64,000 nucleotides of DNA from Dehalococcoidia bacterium. Its GTDB lineage: Bacteria; Chloroflexota; Dehalococcoidia; Plut-88900. The stretch is taken from NCBI GenBank assembly GCA_965197645.1, contig OZ240219.1:416001-480000 (forward strand). Reading direction: 5' to 3'. A model generated the notes under the pieces. The model worked only from the letters and a program-made list of their open reading frames with translations. It made no database searches and was not told the origin of the DNA. The translations under genes were made by a program, and so were the position numbers. Shown here one piece after another: positions 38,716-47,177 of this stretch; position 1 is the stretch's first letter; each line of letters starts with the position of its first letter.

Positions 38716-38948
38716 TAGCTGTTCTCCTTGCCTCGTCGGTTTGTTTTGAGCAGCGGGGCTATCATCCGGTATATCCCGAAGCAAGCTACCGTCAGCCCCA
38801 AGGCCAGTCCCAACAAGGTAAAGAGGGGAGAGACTTCAATCCAGCCGTCCAGCAACAGTCCCAGGACCAGTCCGCCTATCAGCGCGGCGACTACAAACCA
38901 CCCCAGTCCCAAAAGCCGCAAGACCTCCGCCCACTGATTGTTTCTCAC
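38715..38948 (-). CDS. AtpZ/AtpI-family small membrane protein
   Basis: Two TM helices with GLLLDGW..SPLFTLLGL; first gene of the atp operon. Confidence 0.85.
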   Translation of the reverse strand: MRNNQWAEVLRLLGLGWFVVAALIGGLVLGLLLDGWIEVSPLFTLLGLALGLTVACFGIYRMIAPLLKTNRRGKENS

Positions 38949-38963
38949 CTCTCCCGCTCCAGT

Positions 38964-38997
38964 TCGTGCATTGTATCACATACTTTCGTCAAGTCAA
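38964..38997 (-). promoter_or_regulatory. atp operon promoter with Rex-like operator over the -10
   Basis: TTGACT-N16-TACAAT with TGn; ATGTGATACAATGCACGA resembles TTGTG-N8-CACAA. Confidence 0.6.
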
Positions 38998-39002
38998 TCA
39001 AC

Positions 39003-39026
39003 AAAAAAGCGCTCCTCTTGGAGCGC
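39003..39026 (-). terminator. Intrinsic terminator after DUF151 gene
   Basis: GCGCTCC-AAGA-GGAGCGC + TTTTTT. Confidence 0.8.
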
Positions 39027-39076
39027 CGTCTGTAACCGAGCGAGATGTACGAGGGAAAGATCGCCGGACCGTCCGC

Positions 39077-39667
39077 TTACTTCTCCTCCTCGTTCCCCTT
39101 GCCCTCCTCTTTTTCCGCCTCCTTAGAACCGCTTTTGCCGAAGTCTTCCAGGTCCAGGCCATCGACGAAGTCCTGGAACGCTGAAAGCCGCTTCAGCTCC
39201 TCCTCGCTCAGCGGTTTGGTCGGGTCCTGGTCCGTCTCTGAGGCGATGATCGGCTTACCGGTCTCCTTGTCCAGGATGACCCCCGCCTTGTCCAGCACTG
39301 CCTCTTCTACGAAGATGGGCACCTTGACCCGGACCGCCAGAGCGATGGCGTCGCTGGGCCTGGAGTCCACCTCGACGGTGCTGCCGTTTTTCTCCAGCAT
39401 GATCTTGGCGTAGAAGGTATCGTTGCTCAGATCGGACACGATGATGGAGCTGACGGCGCCCCCCAGGTCATTGATGACCGATTGCAGAAGATCGTGGGTG
39501 AGAGGCCGGGGAACGGAAACGTCCTGGAGCTTGACGGCTATCGCATCGGCTTCTGCGGGCCCAATCCAGATGGGGAGGTATCTATCCGATTCCTTCTCCT
39601 TGAGAATGACCACGCGCTGATAGTTCATCAGGCTTACGCGAATGCTCTCTATGCTCATCTCCTGCAT
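39077..39667 (-). CDS. Bifunctional nuclease family (DUF151) protein
   Basis: LPIWIGPAEADAI, RPLTHDL, TFYA, DSRPSDAIALAVR. Confidence 0.93.
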   Translation of the reverse strand: MQEMSIESIRVSLMNYQRVVILKEKESDRYLPIWIGPAEADAIAVKLQDVSVPRPLTHDLLQSVINDLGGAVSSIIVSDLSNDTFYAKIMLEKNGSTVEVDSRPSDAIALAVRVKVPIFVEEAVLDKAGVILDKETGKPIIASETDQDPTKPLSEEELKRLSAFQDFVDGLDLEDFGKSGSKEAEKEEGKGNEEEK

Positions 39668-39703
39668 TGAGTGGCTCCTCCGGGCCTTAGACCCGCTCAG
39701 ACA

Positions 39704-39732
39704 ATTCTAAATCTCCCCCTCTGGGGTGTCAA
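39704..39732 (-). promoter_or_regulatory. Sigma70-type promoter for DUF151 gene
   Basis: TTGACA-N17-TAGAAT. Confidence 0.7.
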
Positions 39733-39786
39733 CGACCGCTGCCATTGACGGTAGTACCGTATGACTCTACTCATCACTTCCGAGGC

Positions 39787-40989
39787 CTATTCATCGCTCC
39801 CTGGGATGGGACTGGGCAACGCCTCGATCTCCTCGTCCGATAGGCTCAACAGGTCCGTCAGAACCTGGGCGGTATGCTCTCCCAGGGCCGGAGCGGCGGC
39901 CTCCGGCTTTGGATTGGAGCGGGACATCTTCAGCGGCGAATTGACCACCTTCAGCGGGCCCAACCGCGGGTGTTGGACCTGGGCGATCATGCCCCGTTCC
40001 AGGACATGAGGATCGTTGGCCACCTGCTCGATGTTGTTGATAGGCCCGCAGGGAATCGCCGCATCGGTCAGCTCCTTCAGCCACTCCTCGGACGTCTTTT
40101 GCTTCAGCGCATCGGTCAGGATGGGTATCAGCTCGTCGTAGTTGTTCGTTCGGGACCAGCTGGTCTGGAACCGCTGGTCGTCTATCAGGTCCACCCTTTC
40201 GATGATGGCGCAGAACAGGGGCCACTGGTCCTTGGCCCCGCCAACAAATGCGATGGTGATGTACCCGTCGCTGGTCTCGAATGCCTGGAATGGCGTGGTA
40301 ACCGGATGCCTGGTCCCCAGCGGGCCGGGCACCTCGCCGGTGGCAAAGTACCTGGCGAAAGCGTTCTCCAGCACGGCCAGCTGACAATCGAGCATGGAGA
40401 CATCGATGTACTGGCCCTCGCCGCTTTCCTCCCGCTCTCGCAGGGCGGACAGGATCCCGATCACGGTGAACAGGCCCGCCACGATATCTCCGAAGGATGA
40501 TCCCGGCCTGACGGGCGGCCCGCCAGGCTCACCCGTAATGCTCATCACACCGCCCATGCCCTGCACTATGATATCCAGGGCCGGACGATGGGTGTAAGGA
40601 CCCGTCTGTCCAAACCCCGAGACCGATGCGTAGATAATGCGAGGATTCCGCTCCCTCACCGCTTCGTACCCCAGGCCCAGCCGGTCTATCACTCCCGGCA
40701 CGAAGTTTTCCACCAGAACGTCGCACTGTTCTATCAGGTCCAGCAGTATTTCCCTCCCCCCGCTTGACTTCAGATCAAGTACCACGCTCTTCTTGCCCCG
40801 GTTGAGGCTGAGGAAGTAGGAGCTCTCTCCACCTATGAAGGGGCCGGTACCCCGGGCCATATCACCGCCCTCCGGCCTTTCCACTTTGATCACCTCCGCC
40901 CCAAGATCGGAGAGCACCATTGTGGCGTAAGGCCCTGCCAGGACCCGTGTCATATCCAACACCCTGATCCCTTCGAGTGGTCCAGCCAT
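39787..40989 (-). CDS. Family III (CaiB/BaiF) CoA-transferase
   Basis: GPLEGIRVLDMTRVLAGP, NRGKKS, ENFVPG, GFGQTGPY, FGD (catalytic Asp), APALGEHT. Confidence 0.93.
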   Translation of the reverse strand: MAGPLEGIRVLDMTRVLAGPYATMVLSDLGAEVIKVERPEGGDMARGTGPFIGGESSYFLSLNRGKKSVVLDLKSSGGREILLDLIEQCDVLVENFVPGVIDRLGLGYEAVRERNPRIIYASVSGFGQTGPYTHRPALDIIVQGMGGVMSITGEPGGPPVRPGSSFGDIVAGLFTVIGILSALREREESGEGQYIDVSMLDCQLAVLENAFARYFATGEVPGPLGTRHPVTTPFQAFETSDGYITIAFVGGAKDQWPLFCAIIERVDLIDDQRFQTSWSRTNNYDELIPILTDALKQKTSEEWLKELTDAAIPCGPINNIEQVANDPHVLERGMIAQVQHPRLGPLKVVNSPLKMSRSNPKPEAAAPALGEHTAQVLTDLLSLSDEEIEALPSPIPGSDE

Positions 40990-41040
40990 CAGCTTCTCCT
41001 AGTCTTTCCAAGAATATGCCGTCATAATAACCGATGCCCC

Positions 41041-42321
41041 TCACTCCGCCAGCAGCTTCAGGAGCTCCTTATGGCTGCCTAAGCCGGACACCATCTCGAT
41101 GAACTCCTTGATGGTGTTGCTGCGCCCCCGCACCGCGGCCACCTGACCGCCTATGGGGCTCACGACCGAGTGGTCGTCGGCGTAGGTCCCGTGAAAGGCG
41201 AACCAGGCCTGGTTGAGCCTCCGAAAGTAGTACCCGTTTTCCTGGAGGAACAGCCGGCGCTCCTCCAGGTATTGCTCCGCTTCATCTATCTTTCCCTGGG
41301 CCAACAGCCCGTCGGCACGAATCCGGGTCTTCCTCATCTCCATAACGTAGTCGAAGGGGTCACCCTCGGCGGCGTGCCCACCGCTATCGATGGGTTCGGG
41401 CATCAGTTCGGCGTAGTATGTCTCGTATACGATGGCGCCGACCTCGTCGCCTATGACGTTGGCGATGGTCTCGTTGATCGTGGTCATGTCCACCGTCTTC
41501 CAGTAGCTCCGGCCCAGCGGGAAGAACACCATGTAGTGATGGACCCACTCGTGGGCTACTATCCGCAGCGTACGTCTAATCGATTGGGACCGGGATATGA
41601 CGCTGGGAAAGGTTGCCACTCCCCCGGGACCGGCCACCAGGGCTGAGAGCTCCCCTCCCTGCTCAATCCCGTCCTCGATATCCTGGGCATCCTCCAGCCC
41701 GATCCCCGGTTCCAGCAATCGGGTGGCCACCAGCTCGATCCTCTCTCGCGGCGAAACGGCAAGCAGCCGCGGCGAATCTCCGAACCGGAAATCCACCGGT
41801 GGGAAAAGGTACCCGTCCGAGCCTCCGAAAGGCAGATTCCAGGATAGCCCCAACTCCGATAGCACCTTGCTGACCTGCCCCTCTATGGTCTTCTCCACGT
41901 CTGCCTGCAGATCACTCCGCCGGCTGTCCAGCTCGTCCCTCGCCAATACCGATCCACTCAAGTCCCCTAGACCGGTCGATGCTGCCCGCTCTATCTCTCG
42001 GTCTAGCACCGCAATCTCGGCGCTCAACCTGAAGTATTCCCGCACCTCGAGCAGCCGCTGCTCCTCGGTGCGGTCCCCTATCCCGAACAGCGACGTGAGC
42101 TCATGGGTCCACTTATCGAGAAAGTTCCTCAGCTCCCAGGAAACCAGGCGGTAGCCGCGGTCCCCTATCGCACTGCTCAAGACGTCCCGTTTTTCGGGCC
42201 CGCTGGCGAGGAAGACGGCCGGCAGCACGAATACCAGGGCCAGCAACAACCACCGCACTCCTGGAGTCCGGAGTGCCGCCCAGACGGCTCGGCGAGCCGG
42301 TTGCCACGCCCTAGCGTTCAC
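41041..42321 (-). CDS. Membrane-anchored/secreted hypothetical protein with HExxH zincin motif
   Basis: N-terminal hydrophobic segment; VAHEWVHHY followed by INETIA; RRLNQAWFAFHGTYAD. Confidence 0.7.
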   Translation of the reverse strand: MNARAWQPARRAVWAALRTPGVRWLLLALVFVLPAVFLASGPEKRDVLSSAIGDRGYRLVSWELRNFLDKWTHELTSLFGIGDRTEEQRLLEVREYFRLSAEIAVLDREIERAASTGLGDLSGSVLARDELDSRRSDLQADVEKTIEGQVSKVLSELGLSWNLPFGGSDGYLFPPVDFRFGDSPRLLAVSPRERIELVATRLLEPGIGLEDAQDIEDGIEQGGELSALVAGPGGVATFPSVISRSQSIRRTLRIVAHEWVHHYMVFFPLGRSYWKTVDMTTINETIANVIGDEVGAIVYETYYAELMPEPIDSGGHAAEGDPFDYVMEMRKTRIRADGLLAQGKIDEAEQYLEERRLFLQENGYYFRRLNQAWFAFHGTYADDHSVVSPIGGQVAAVRGRSNTIKEFIEMVSGLGSHKELLKLLAE

Positions 42322-42397
42322 GAAGTAGCACCTCCCGTATCCATCTTAACGAACTTAACGAATTCGAAGTGGCGCGAAATTCCTCCAACGGCCAACC

Positions 42398-42426
42398 TTG
42401 CGGGGAGGAAACGGCTAGACTAAAAT
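42398..42426 (+). promoter_or_regulatory. Promoter for EF-G-like gene
   Basis: TTGCGG-N17-TAAAAT. Confidence 0.55.
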
Positions 42427-42461
42427 AATCGTGCCCTATACCCCCAGCGAAGGTGGCATTC

Positions 42462-44525
42462 ATGCGAGACTACAAGACCGAAGCTATCAGGAACGTCGTC
42501 CTTCTATCCCATAGCGGCGCCGGCAAGACCTCATTCTCCGAGGCAGCCCTCTTCAACTCCGGTGCTATCGGCCGCCTGGGCAGTGTGGACGCCGGCAACA
42601 CCACCTCAGACTACGAACCCGAGGAGATAAAGCGGGGGACGAGCATCCAGCACTCAGTCCTGCCCACCGAATGGAACAACACCAAGGTAAACATCATCGA
42701 CACCCCCGGTTACGCCGACTTCCTAGGTGAAGCCATAGCCGCCCTGAGGGTCGCCGATGCCGCCATCATAACCATCTGCGCCGCCTCGGGCGTAGAGGTC
42801 GGGACCGAGCTGATGTGGAAACACGTAGAAGCCGTGGAGCTCCCCGCCCTGATCATCCTGAACAAGATGGACCGGGATAACGCCAATTTCCGGAAGACGC
42901 TGGAAGAGGTGCAGGAGAAGCTGGGCCGAAAATGCACCGCCATCCAGATGCCTATGGGCGCCGAGGCGGATTTCAAGGGTGTGATAGACCTCATCTCGAT
43001 GAAGGCCTACGGCGCCGACGGCGCTGAAGAACCGGTCCCCGACGCCCTCTCCGGCGAAGCCCAGGACGCCCGCGACGAAATGATCGAGAACATCGCCGAG
43101 GTCAACGACGATCTGACTACCAAGTACCTGGAGGGCGAGGAGCTAACCGAAGACGAGCTTCAGGAGGGGCTGACCGAAGGCGCCAGAGCCGGCACCATCG
43201 TCCCAGTGATGGCGGCCTCGGCCCTCAAGAACCTGGGTGTGCACAGGGTGATGGACGCCATCTCGTCCTACCTTCCATCACCTCTCGATAGGCCTGCGCC
43301 CACCGGCCGGGACCTGGTCAACGATAGTGAGGTGAACCTGAGCGGAGATGGCAGCGCCCCCCTTTCAGCCCTCATCTTCAAGACCACCGCCGACCCTTAC
43401 GTCGGCAAGCTCTCTTACTTCCGAGTCTACTCCAACACACTGCACAGCGATTCCCAGGTCTGGAACTCCAACCGCTCTTCCGACGAGCGGATAGCCCAGC
43501 TCTTTACGCCTCGCGGGAAGACCCAGGAAAACGTGAGCCAGGTCGTAGCCGGCGACATCGGGGCCGTGGCCAAACTGGGAGAGGCTAATACCGGAGATAC
43601 GCTCTGCAACAAGGACCGACCCGTTGCCCTGGACAAGATCGATTTTCCGCCTTCCCTCTACAGCGTCGCCGTCACCGCCAGGACCAAGGCAGACGTGGAC
43701 AAGATGGGCTCCTCCCTGATCAAGCTGGTTGAGGAAGACCCCAGTCTCAAGCTGGAAAAGCAACCCGATACCGGAGAGATGGTTCTCACCGGCATGGGCG
43801 AAGCCCACGTAGACGTCACCGTACAGAAGCTCCAGAGGAAGTTCTCCGTGGCCGTCGACACCAAGACCCCGAAGGTGCCTTACAAGGAGACCATCGGCAA
43901 GGCCACGCAGGCGGAGTACAAGCACAAGAAGCAGACCGGCGGGCACGGGCAGTACGGCCACGTCATGATCAGGCTGGAACCCAAGGAGCGGGGTGGGGGA
44001 GTCGAATTCGCCCAGAAGGTGGTCGGCGGCAACGTACCGAAGAACTACATTCCCGCGGTGGAGAAGGGGATCATGGAGGCGGCCAAGGAGGGCGTCATAG
44101 CTCAGTTTCCCATGGTCGACGTCAAGGTGACCCTCTACGACGGCAGCTCTCACCCCGTAGACTCCTCCGATATGTCGTTCAAAATCGCCGGGTCCTTCGC
44201 CTTTAGAAAAGGAGCCGCCGAGGCGTCTCCAACCCTCCTGGAGCCAGTCATGAAGATGCAGATCACCGTTCCCGATAGCTACACCGGTGACGTCATCGGC
44301 GATCTGAACACCAAACGGGGCCGGGTGCAGGGCATGAACCCGGTCAACGGGATGACGGTGGTCGAGGCCGAAGCGCCCCTATCGGAGGTGGTGAAGTACG
44401 CCGTAGACCTGCGGTCCCTGACCCAGGGCCGAGGCACCTTTACTCAGGAGTTCATCCGCTACGACGAGGTGCCGGCCCACCTGGCCCAGAAGGTAGCCGA
44501 AGAGATGGCCGCGGCCGGCGGTTAG
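42462..44525 (+). CDS. fusA: Elongation factor G paralog (EF-G II / EF-G2 type)
   Basis: SHSGAGKTS, RGTSI, DTPGYADF, NKMD, KKQTGGHGQYG, HPVDSS; stand-alone, outside the str operon. Confidence 0.93.
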   Translation: MRDYKTEAIRNVVLLSHSGAGKTSFSEAALFNSGAIGRLGSVDAGNTTSDYEPEEIKRGTSIQHSVLPTEWNNTKVNIIDTPGYADFLGEAIAALRVADAAIITICAASGVEVGTELMWKHVEAVELPALIILNKMDRDNANFRKTLEEVQEKLGRKCTAIQMPMGAEADFKGVIDLISMKAYGADGAEEPVPDALSGEAQDARDEMIENIAEVNDDLTTKYLEGEELTEDELQEGLTEGARAGTIVPVMAASALKNLGVHRVMDAISSYLPSPLDRPAPTGRDLVNDSEVNLSGDGSAPLSALIFKTTADPYVGKLSYFRVYSNTLHSDSQVWNSNRSSDERIAQLFTPRGKTQENVSQVVAGDIGAVAKLGEANTGDTLCNKDRPVALDKIDFPPSLYSVAVTARTKADVDKMGSSLIKLVEEDPSLKLEKQPDTGEMVLTGMGEAHVDVTVQKLQRKFSVAVDTKTPKVPYKETIGKATQAEYKHKKQTGGHGQYGHVMIRLEPKERGGGVEFAQKVVGGNVPKNYIPAVEKGIMEAAKEGVIAQFPMVDVKVTLYDGSSHPVDSSDMSFKIAGSFAFRKGAAEASPTLLEPVMKMQITVPDSYTGDVIGDLNTKRGRVQGMNPVNGMTVVEAEAPLSEVVKYAVDLRSLTQGRGTFTQEFIRYDEVPAHLAQKVAEEMAAAGG

Positions 44526-44611
44526 GATTCGAGCGCTTACCGGGTTTTCCCTCGGCGGGAACCGCCGTCGCTTCTTGCATCCCTGATCGAAGCTGTACAG
44601 AAGAACAAACT

Positions 44612-44648
44612 TAAAGGGTCTGAACCGGTGGCCGGTTCAGACCCTTTA
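44612..44648. terminator. Bidirectional terminator (17-bp perfect stem)
   Basis: TAAAGGGTCTGAACCGG-TGG-CCGGTTCAGACCCTTTA between convergent genes. Confidence 0.8.
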
Positions 44649-44674
44649 TCTATCGGATTCGGAAAAAAGAGCCG

Positions 44675-45112
44675 CTACCTGGGGGCCTCCCAGAGGGTGT
44701 AGTAGTTCTCCCCGGTTATCACGGCTGCCAGCTCGGCCTGGTCATGCTCCAGCAAGACCTCGAAGCAGTTCTCGCATTCGCGAATCGCCTGCTGCACGCC
44801 GGTAGAGGCCATCCGTTCGGATATTCGGTCCCATATACCCAGACGCTTCAGGCTGTTGACGTGTTTGGGCCAGGGAATGACTATAATGCTGTCCGGTTTG
44901 GGCAGCCTGGGCCTCATCCGTTTCAGCACCCGGAACCGCTCCTCTACCGAGTCTACCATGGGCACGACCTTGACCATTGGGCCGTCTTCAATATCGACTC
45001 TGGTGTCCAGGAGGAGCGTCTTCCTCAGCAGTGGGAAAAACAGCGAGATAACCTCGGAAGAGTCAATGTTTCGCACGATCTCGTCCATGTCAAATCGATA
45101 ATCGCCGTCCAT
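44675..45112 (-). CDS. Hypothetical protein
   Basis: Protein-like composition (VISLFFPLLRKTLLLDTR..RPR..IPWP..GENYYTLW); co-oriented downstream of etfA. Confidence 0.7.
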   Translation of the reverse strand: MDGDYRFDMDEIVRNIDSSEVISLFFPLLRKTLLLDTRVDIEDGPMVKVVPMVDSVEERFRVLKRMRPRLPKPDSIIVIPWPKHVNSLKRLGIWDRISERMASTGVQQAIRECENCFEVLLEHDQAELAAVITGENYYTLWEAPR

Positions 45113-45214
45113 ATCGCCTAACCCCCTGCAGTCTAGGTATCGGTCCCTTCGGAAAGGAGCCGAGGTATAGCATCCCAAATTGAGGCCCCGATCAGGCCCC
45201 AATTTACGCCTAGA

Positions 45215-46216
45215 TTAAGACGAGAGCAACTCTTTTACCTTCTCGGCGAAGGCGGGCAGTACCTCTTTGAAATCGCCGACCGCACCGTACTGGGAATCCT
45301 TGAACACGTTGGCGTCCGCGTCCCGGTTGATGGCCACGATGACCTTGGAACCCAGGACGCCGGACATGTGCTGGCTGGCCCCGGACAATGCTACGGCTAC
45401 GTAAAGATCGGGACTAACGACCTTTCCGGTAATGCCTATCTGGACTGCCGGGGTGATGTACCCCGAGTCACAGGCCGCTCGGGTTGCGCCCACCATGCCG
45501 CCGAACAGTTTGGCCAGGTCCTCCAACTCGTTGAACGCATCGGCGCCGCCAAGCCCTCTGCCACCACCGATTATCACCGGGGCGTCCTCCAGCCTCATCC
45601 CCTCGGCCTGCGCCTCCACCCGGTCCACAACTTTGGCCCGAGCGGTGGAAGCGTCTACGCCGGGCGACCAGGACACGGTCTCTCCCGATCTCGAGTCGTC
45701 CCTCTCCAGCGGCGTCATCGTCTTGGCCCTGACCGTCGCCATCTGGGGCCGGGACGATTCCACAACCACCGTCGCCTGGGCGTTGCCGCCGTACACCGGC
45801 CGTGTTTGCACCATCAGCTTGGAGTCCGGATCGATGGACAGATCCGTGCAGTCGGTGCCAACGCCGGTGTCGAGCCGGAACGCCACTCTTGGCGCCAGCT
45901 CTCTGCCCTGGGCCGTATGTCCTACCAACAATATGTTCGGGGAAGCTTCATTGCAGAAATTGGCCGCTGCTGCTGTATAGGTATCAGCGTTGAACTCCTC
46001 CAGCGCCGGGTCCTCGCCCACGTAGACCTTGTCCGCTCCATGGGCGATCATCGCCTGAGCAGCATCGCCGGCCTGACCGGCCAGCACTACACCGATGACC
46101 TCTTCACCCAGTGCATCCGCCAGCTCTCGCGCCTTGCCCAGCATCTCCGTCGTCATGCCGCTGATGGAGCCGTCGGTGACTTCGGCAAGGACCGCTACCC
46201 CTGCGCTATCGGCCAT
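45215..46216 (-). CDS. etfA: Electron transfer flavoprotein alpha
   Basis: RPVYGGN, GGGRGLG, GATRAACD, QIGITGKVVSPDLY, SGASQH, AINRD. Confidence 0.95.
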   Translation of the reverse strand: MADSAGVAVLAEVTDGSISGMTTEMLGKARELADALGEEVIGVVLAGQAGDAAQAMIAHGADKVYVGEDPALEEFNADTYTAAAANFCNEASPNILLVGHTAQGRELAPRVAFRLDTGVGTDCTDLSIDPDSKLMVQTRPVYGGNAQATVVVESSRPQMATVRAKTMTPLERDDSRSGETVSWSPGVDASTARAKVVDRVEAQAEGMRLEDAPVIIGGGRGLGGADAFNELEDLAKLFGGMVGATRAACDSGYITPAVQIGITGKVVSPDLYVAVALSGASQHMSGVLGSKVIVAINRDADANVFKDSQYGAVGDFKEVLPAFAEKVKELLSS

Positions 46217-46248
46217 TTCTGTATCCTCCTGAGCATCGGTGCGGGTGA

Positions 46249-47049
46249 CTAGATTACTTTGGCTTCACGGAGCTTCAGCGCCAGGTTCGCTCCTATTTCG
46301 GCGCTCGACTCGCCTTCGATGAACTCGCACTGGGACACCTTTTCCGGCTGGTCCAGTTTGAGAAGCTTCACCTTGGCGCCGGAGGCACCTATCTTGGACG
46401 AATCCAGGCCCAGGTCCTGGGCACTCCAGACGGTGGGCTGCTTCCTGCCGGCGGCCATGATCCCTTTCAAGGTGGGATATCGGGGCTCGCCCAGCTCGTT
46501 GCTTACCGTGACGACGACGGGAGGACTGGCCTCTACGACTTCGTAGCCATCCGGTACCACCCGCTCTACGCGGACAGTCCCGTTCTCCATCTTGACGTCC
46601 CGGGCGAAGGTGATCACGGGCAGGCCCAGTATCTCGCCGACGCCCGAGCCCACCTGTCCGGCATCGAAGTCCGATGCCTGGCGACCGCAAATGACCACAT
46701 CGTACTCGCCGACTTTACTGATGGCCGCTGCCAGCGCGTGAGCTGTAGTATAGCTGTCTCCGTCCTCGAACGCATCGTCCTGCAGCAGGACCAGCTCGTC
46801 GGCGCCCATCGAAAGGGGCTTCTTGATAACGTCGGATACCAGGTCAGTGCCGAGGGCTATGGCAGTCACGGAACCATCGTTGGACTCTTTCAGCCTGAGA
46901 GCGGCCTCCACACCCTGCTCATCGTACCCATTGATGACGGGCGGTATGCCGGGACTGGGCACCAGCTTGTTCGATCCGGGATCGATCTTGAAGCTGGCGG
47001 CGGGCATTTGGGGATCTGGCACCTGTTTGACACAGACTATGATTTTCAC
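46249..47049 (-). CDS. etfB: Electron transfer flavoprotein beta
   Basis: KIIVCVKQVPD, SMGAD, GRQASDFDAGQVG, EPRYP. Confidence 0.95.
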   Translation of the reverse strand: MKIIVCVKQVPDPQMPAASFKIDPGSNKLVPSPGIPPVINGYDEQGVEAALRLKESNDGSVTAIALGTDLVSDVIKKPLSMGADELVLLQDDAFEDGDSYTTAHALAAAISKVGEYDVVICGRQASDFDAGQVGSGVGEILGLPVITFARDVKMENGTVRVERVVPDGYEVVEASPPVVVTVSNELGEPRYPTLKGIMAAGRKQPTVWSAQDLGLDSSKIGASGAKVKLLKLDQPEKVSQCEFIEGESSAEIGANLALKLREAKVI

Positions 47050-47136
47050 AGGAACAATCCTCCGCATCCGTTCAAGAGCATGGTTTGACCACCATCGTGT
47101 AAACCTGGGAGCTGAATGGAATGAATACTGGGAAAA

Positions 47137-47166
47137 ATTCTAGCACCCGCTAAATTCGGGTGTCAA
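47137..47166 (-). promoter_or_regulatory. Sigma70-type promoter for etfBA
   Basis: TTGACA-N18-TAGAAT with TGn. Confidence 0.65.
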
Positions 47167-47177
47167 GCAGAAATCGG

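Noticed and set aside
42345-42362. Tandem 9-mer CTTAACGAA x2 in the divergent promoter region
   Set aside because: Only two copies, with no independent support for function.
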